From positions 1 to 58,278 of the forward strand of contig CAYVAR010000003.1 of NCBI GenBank assembly GCA_964449675.1: a DNA stretch of 58,278 nt. The letters are read 5' to 3'. Source of the DNA: an uncultured Gammaproteobacteria bacterium (GTDB taxonomy: Bacteria > Patescibacteriota > Microgenomatia > UBA10105 > UBA927). The notes beneath the pieces are model-generated. The model did no database searches and had not been told where the DNA came from. It saw only the letters and a program-made list of their open reading frames with translations. A program made the translations under genes and the position numbers. Position 1 is the stretch's first letter, and each line of letters opens with the position of its first letter. Below, one piece after another: positions 54,194 to 58,278 of this stretch.

Positions 54194-55550
54194 CGGTATT
54201 ACTAATGCGCGCATTGTAACGCCGCAAGGCATCAAGCGCGGATCTATCATATTTAGTCCGGACGGGACAATAGATAAAATCATTAATCAAAATATGCCTG
54301 TATCAAAAGGTCAGTATTATGATGCTCATGACGGCTACGTACTTCCCGGTCTTATAGAAACACACGGTCACTTTCGTGAACCAGGGCTTGAACATAAGGA
54401 AACCATACGAGATGGTTCTCGTGCGGCACTCGCCGGAGGGTTTACCACGGTGTTTGACATGCCCAATACCAAGCCACCGACGACGACGGTCAAGCTCCTT
54501 CATGAGCAGATTGATCGGTACAAAAAACATTCATACTGTGATTTTGCAATAAATTTTGGTACCTCTGTTGATCACATCGAAGAACTTGAAAAGGTAGATC
54601 CAGCAGAAATTACTGGGGTGAAGGTCTTTACCGCCGGACATCAGACGACGCCGACAACAATCCCTACATTATCTAATCAAGCGCGCATTTGGGAAATCGC
54701 TGCACGACGCGGATTTCCGGTGCTTGTGCATGCGGAAAATCAAGATCTGGTAACGGCGCGAGAAGCCGCATATCAAAAGTCCGGTCGACATGACATGCTT
54801 GCGTATTCTCAAGCACGTAATGAACTGGTTGTCGAGATGGCAGCGTGGGAAGCAGTGATATTAGCAAAGTACTATAAAACAAAGCTCTGGATTCTTCATG
54901 CGTCAACCAGAGGCGAATTTGATGGGATTGAATACGCAAAAGCTCATGGCATACAAGCTGGTGGTGAAGTAACCGGATATCAACTCTTTTTTACTACGAA
55001 GGATTATAAAAAATTTGGAACACTTCTGAAAGTGAGTCCTGCGCTTCGATCACCAGCGGTCAATCGTGTACTTTGGCAGATGGTACGTTCGGGAGTCGTT
55101 GACGGAATTTGCTCTGAGCATACACCCCATGCGCTGTCAGAAAAACAGGGTGATATCTGGAAAGCAGCTAGCGGCATGCCCAATATCCAGGAAACCGTAC
55201 CGGCATTTATTACCGGATGGATACGAGAATTTGGAAAGCCTACACTTGAGGAAGGTCTTGTGTGTCTGGCGCGATGTGCTTCGACCAATGTGGCTAATTT
55301 TTTTGGATACCAGCAAAAATCCGGTATACGAAAAGGAAATGACGCAGACCTTATGATCATAGACGTTGATAAGAAATGGAAAGTAAAAAAAGGAGACTTA
55401 TTTACCAAACTTCGCTGGTCGGTCTACGAAGGCATGGAGCTCATCGGAAGACCGGTCGCGACGTTTTTGCGGGGATCCTTAGTGTATCAACAGGGAATTA
55501 TTGTTGAGCCAAAACATGGGCAGTGGATAAAAAAAGGAGGAAGCGCATGA
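54186..55550 (+). CDS. pyrC: dihydroorotase
   Basis: LIETHGHFREPG (HxH), GGFTTVFDMPNTKPP, VFTAG / VHAEN, and a C-terminal amidohydrolase fold. 8-nt overlap with the upstream gene. Confidence 0.85.
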   Translation: MYNGITNARIVTPQGIKRGSIIFSPDGTIDKIINQNMPVSKGQYYDAHDGYVLPGLIETHGHFREPGLEHKETIRDGSRAALAGGFTTVFDMPNTKPPTTTVKLLHEQIDRYKKHSYCDFAINFGTSVDHIEELEKVDPAEITGVKVFTAGHQTTPTTIPTLSNQARIWEIAARRGFPVLVHAENQDLVTAREAAYQKSGRHDMLAYSQARNELVVEMAAWEAVILAKYYKTKLWILHASTRGEFDGIEYAKAHGIQAGGEVTGYQLFFTTKDYKKFGTLLKVSPALRSPAVNRVLWQMVRSGVVDGICSEHTPHALSEKQGDIWKAASGMPNIQETVPAFITGWIREFGKPTLEEGLVCLARCASTNVANFFGYQQKSGIRKGNDADLMIIDVDKKWKVKKGDLFTKLRWSVYEGMELIGRPVATFLRGSLVYQQGIIVEPKHGQWIKKGGSA

Positions 55551-56860
55551 GTAAATCATATGCAGGGCAACAGACCTTTAGTGCAGTAAAAAATTTTCCC
55601 TTTTCTATACACAAAGCGCGTATTGAGCTTGTTTACGCAATATCTGAAATAAAACGAGCAGCAGCCGTGGTTCACGGACGTATCGGTGAACTTGATAAGG
55701 ATATTGCTCATGCCATTGTTTCATCGTGCGATGAGGTACTTCGTGGTAAACATGATGACCAATTTGTCACTCCGGCCCTACAGGGAGGGGCCGGAACGTC
55801 GATGAACATGAACGTCAATGAAGTTATAGCCAATCGGGCAACGGAAATCCTTCGCTCTTCTGGCAACAATCTCAGCGTCCATCCCAACGATCATGTCAAC
55901 CGGTCACAATCGACCAACGACGTCAATCCTACTGCGCTTAAACTTGTCTGTCGCACGCTCGGGCAGGAGCTTTTGAGAAGTATTGATGCGGTCGTAAAAG
56001 AATTTTATACACTCGAAAAACGCTATAGTAAAGTGCCAAAACTTGCTCGTACGCATTTGCAGGATGCCATACCTATAACATACGGCGATGAGTTTTCCTC
56101 ATATGCAGCAATTTTTAGCCGTAACGGTGACCGAATCAATCACGCTCTTTCCTATATGAACGATTTAAGCTTAGGTGGTACGGCTGTAGGCAATGGTCTG
56201 AATGCGTCTTCTGCATATCGGGATGCCGTCTACAAAGAACTTCGCAAGAGAGTTGATAAACATATCCATCCCGCAACGAATTTCATGGCACAAACGAGCA
56301 GCCAAACGGATTTTGTGATGCTTTCTCAAGCGATTGTCGCTCTTACCCTTGACGCGTCAAAAATTGCAAGCGATATTCGACTGCTGTCAAGTGGACCAGC
56401 CGGAGGAATTGGAGAAATAAAGCTTACCGAGCTTCAGCACGGGTCATCGATCATGCCCGGCAAAGTTAATCCGGTCATTGCGGAAACCGTCAATCAGACC
56501 TATTTTCTTGTCTCGGGCAATAACCATAGCATAGAGGCGGCAGCGCACGGGGCGCAGCTTGAGCTTGCCAATATGTTTCCGATACTTGCTGATCGCCTCA
56601 TCGAATCGATGAAGCTGACCAGCGAAGTACTGACGCAATTTGCCAGGCAATGTCTCGCGACTCTTACCGTCAACCAAAAACGTGCAAAGGAAATTCTTGA
56701 AAAAACCACAGCGTACTCAACACTATTGTCCCCAATCTTGGGTTACGACAGGGTAGCTACCCTGGTTAAAGAGGCCCTTAATACAGGAAAGACGCTTCGT
56801 GAATTGGTACTTGAGAAGCATTTACTTACCGATGAGCAATATAACAATATAGTAACATAG
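55547..56860 (+). CDS. class II fumarase/aspartase family lyase, aspartate ammonia-lyase-like
   Basis: SQSTNDVNPTA and the signature GSSIMPGKVNPVIAE. The V-I/V after NP is the pattern I associate with aspartases; fumarases usually read NPTQ. ATGA overlap with pyrC. Confidence 0.75.
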   Translation: MSKSYAGQQTFSAVKNFPFSIHKARIELVYAISEIKRAAAVVHGRIGELDKDIAHAIVSSCDEVLRGKHDDQFVTPALQGGAGTSMNMNVNEVIANRATEILRSSGNNLSVHPNDHVNRSQSTNDVNPTALKLVCRTLGQELLRSIDAVVKEFYTLEKRYSKVPKLARTHLQDAIPITYGDEFSSYAAIFSRNGDRINHALSYMNDLSLGGTAVGNGLNASSAYRDAVYKELRKRVDKHIHPATNFMAQTSSQTDFVMLSQAIVALTLDASKIASDIRLLSSGPAGGIGEIKLTELQHGSSIMPGKVNPVIAETVNQTYFLVSGNNHSIEAAAHGAQLELANMFPILADRLIESMKLTSEVLTQFARQCLATLTVNQKRAKEILEKTTAYSTLLSPILGYDRVATLVKEALNTGKTLRELVLEKHLLTDEQYNNIVT

Positions 56861-56864
56861 GAGT

Positions 56865-57683
56865 ATGACGTTTCAACAAAAACTTGATGCGATCGTTGTA
56901 AAAAACAACTCTCTGGTTTGTGTGGGGCTGGATAGCGACATAAAGAAGCTTCCAAAGCATGTAGAGAGCGAGAAATATCCTCAGTTTTCTTTCAATAAAG
57001 CCGTTATCGATGCGACGCATGATCTGGTTTGTGCCTATAAGCCTAATAGTGCATTTTACGAAGCCCGGGGTGTCGATGGAATACGTGAACTGAAGATGAC
57101 GTGTGATTATTTACATACGAAATATCCTAATATTCCAATCATTCTTGACGCCAAACGGGCAGACATTGGTAGTACCAATGAAGGATATGTCACCTATGCT
57201 TTTGACTATCTCGGCGTTGATGCGATCACCCTTCACCCCTATTTGGGTCGCGAAGCAATCCAACCTTTTCTTAATAGAAAAGATAAGGGTTGTATTATTC
57301 TATGCCGCACCTCAAATCCAGGCGCTGGTGAATTTCAAGATTTAACGTCTAGTGCTGAGCCGTTGTATAAAGTAGTTGCGAGGAAAGTTGTTAGTGAGTG
57401 GAACAAAAACGATAACTGTTTACTCGTTGTTGGTGCAACCTACCCTGAAGAGCTTGCCGAAGTGAGAAAGCTTGCCGAAGACATGACGTTTCTCGTTCCT
57501 GGTATTGGCGCGCAAGGAGGGGATATAGAAAAAACAGTTAAATCAGGATTAAATTCTACAAAAGCCGGAATGATTATTAATTCATCGCGCGGTATTATTT
57601 TTGCGAGCGCAGAAAAAGATTTTGAAAAAAGAGCGAGACAAGAAGCTACACTACTTAAGGATCAAATAAACCAATGTAGATAA
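56865..57683 (+). CDS. pyrF: orotidine 5'-phosphate decarboxylase (type 2)
   Basis: VGLDS, ILDAKRADIGST, and PGIGAQGG. Confidence 0.9.
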   Translation: MTFQQKLDAIVVKNNSLVCVGLDSDIKKLPKHVESEKYPQFSFNKAVIDATHDLVCAYKPNSAFYEARGVDGIRELKMTCDYLHTKYPNIPIILDAKRADIGSTNEGYVTYAFDYLGVDAITLHPYLGREAIQPFLNRKDKGCIILCRTSNPGAGEFQDLTSSAEPLYKVVARKVVSEWNKNDNCLLVVGATYPEELAEVRKLAEDMTFLVPGIGAQGGDIEKTVKSGLNSTKAGMIINSSRGIIFASAEKDFEKRARQEATLLKDQINQCR

Positions 57684-57691
57684 GGAGGGTT

Positions 57692-58278
57692 ATGAAGGAC
57701 GTAAAAAATAAAATTTTAGATATTCTTATAAAGGTCGGTGCAGTGATAACCAATAGTCATTTTGTCTATACATCGGGCAAACACGGGAGTGTGTATATTA
57801 ACAAAGACGCGCTGTATCCGCATACAGAGGAGACTTCGCGAGTCGGAGAGATGTTTGCCCAAAAGTTTAAGGATAAGGCTATTGATGTGGTGGCAGGTCC
57901 GGCGCTTGGCGGTATTATACTTTCCCAATGGACTGCCTATCACTTGTCAAAACTTAGGGGCAAAGAGGTGCTTGGCGTTTATACTGAAAAAACACCAGAG
58001 AAAAACCAGGTATTCACCCGAGGATACGATAGATTGGTCAAGGGCAAAAACGTTTTAGTCATTGAGGATTTGACGACAACCGGTGGATCGGTTCGGAAAG
58101 TTGTCGACAGTGTGAAGGCCGCAGGTGGCCATGTGGTAGCGGTGTGCGTCATGGTCAATCGGGACCCGGTTAAGGTGACCTCGGAAGTCGTCGGTGGACC
58201 ATTTTCCGCGCTTGGGGTACTTGAAGCTGAAGCGTTTGATGAAGCAGATTGTCCGCTTTGTAAAAAGAATGTCCCTAT
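57692..58278 (+). CDS. pyrE: orotate phosphoribosyltransferase (partial; runs off the window end)
   Basis: Not in the ORF track because no stop is reached. RBS AAGGAGGG then the ATG at 57692. FVYTSGKHGSVYINKD and PRPP motif VLVIEDLTTTGGS. Confidence 0.8.
   Translation, partial: MKDVKNKILDILIKVGAVITNSHFVYTSGKHGSVYINKDALYPHTEETSRVGEMFAQKFKDKAIDVVAGPALGGIILSQWTAYHLSKLRGKEVLGVYTEKTPEKNQVFTRGYDRLVKGKNVLVIEDLTTTGGSVRKVVDSVKAAGGHVVAVCVMVNRDPVKVTSEVVGGPFSALGVLEAEAFDEADCPLCKKNVP

Overview
This is a gene-dense window, mostly on the + strand, from what looks like a small-genome CPR/Patescibacteria-like bacterium. That assignment is an inference from gene content only. All three stop codons are used, so the genetic code is standard. 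Left to right: ftsZ 3' end, an orphan HExxH protein, an IS200-like Y1 transposase (RAYT type), ileS, a SEDS protein, rplU-methyltransferase-rpmA, parB, lepB, tRNA-Val, a disrupted inositol-monophosphatase-like gene, a secreted beta-propeller/lipase fusion, a seven-gene glycosylation cluster, a tRNA-Thr/Gly/Asp region with an excisionase-like gene and tRNA fragments, polX, lemA-htpX, murT-gatD, gatCAB, a GGDEF protein, dnaE, a complete F1Fo ATP synthase operon, and a pyrimidine operon (carAB, pyrB, pyrC, pyrF, pyrE). Three things stand out. (1) The pyrimidine operon has no pyrD/pyrK. In its place sit a soluble fumarate-reductase-like flavoprotein with a cysteine-depleted Fe-S subunit, an aspartase-like lyase and a methyltransferase. 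(2) The RAYT is flanked by inverted REP-like elements whose family has further copies elsewhere, including copies translated in-frame inside genes. (3) Other small palindromic or periodic elements sit in most operon spacers and also in-frame inside essential genes (gatB, gatD, murT, ileS, polX). No CRISPR array, rRNA, reverse transcriptase or recognisable defence system was seen. All calls rest on reading motifs by eye; no searches were run.
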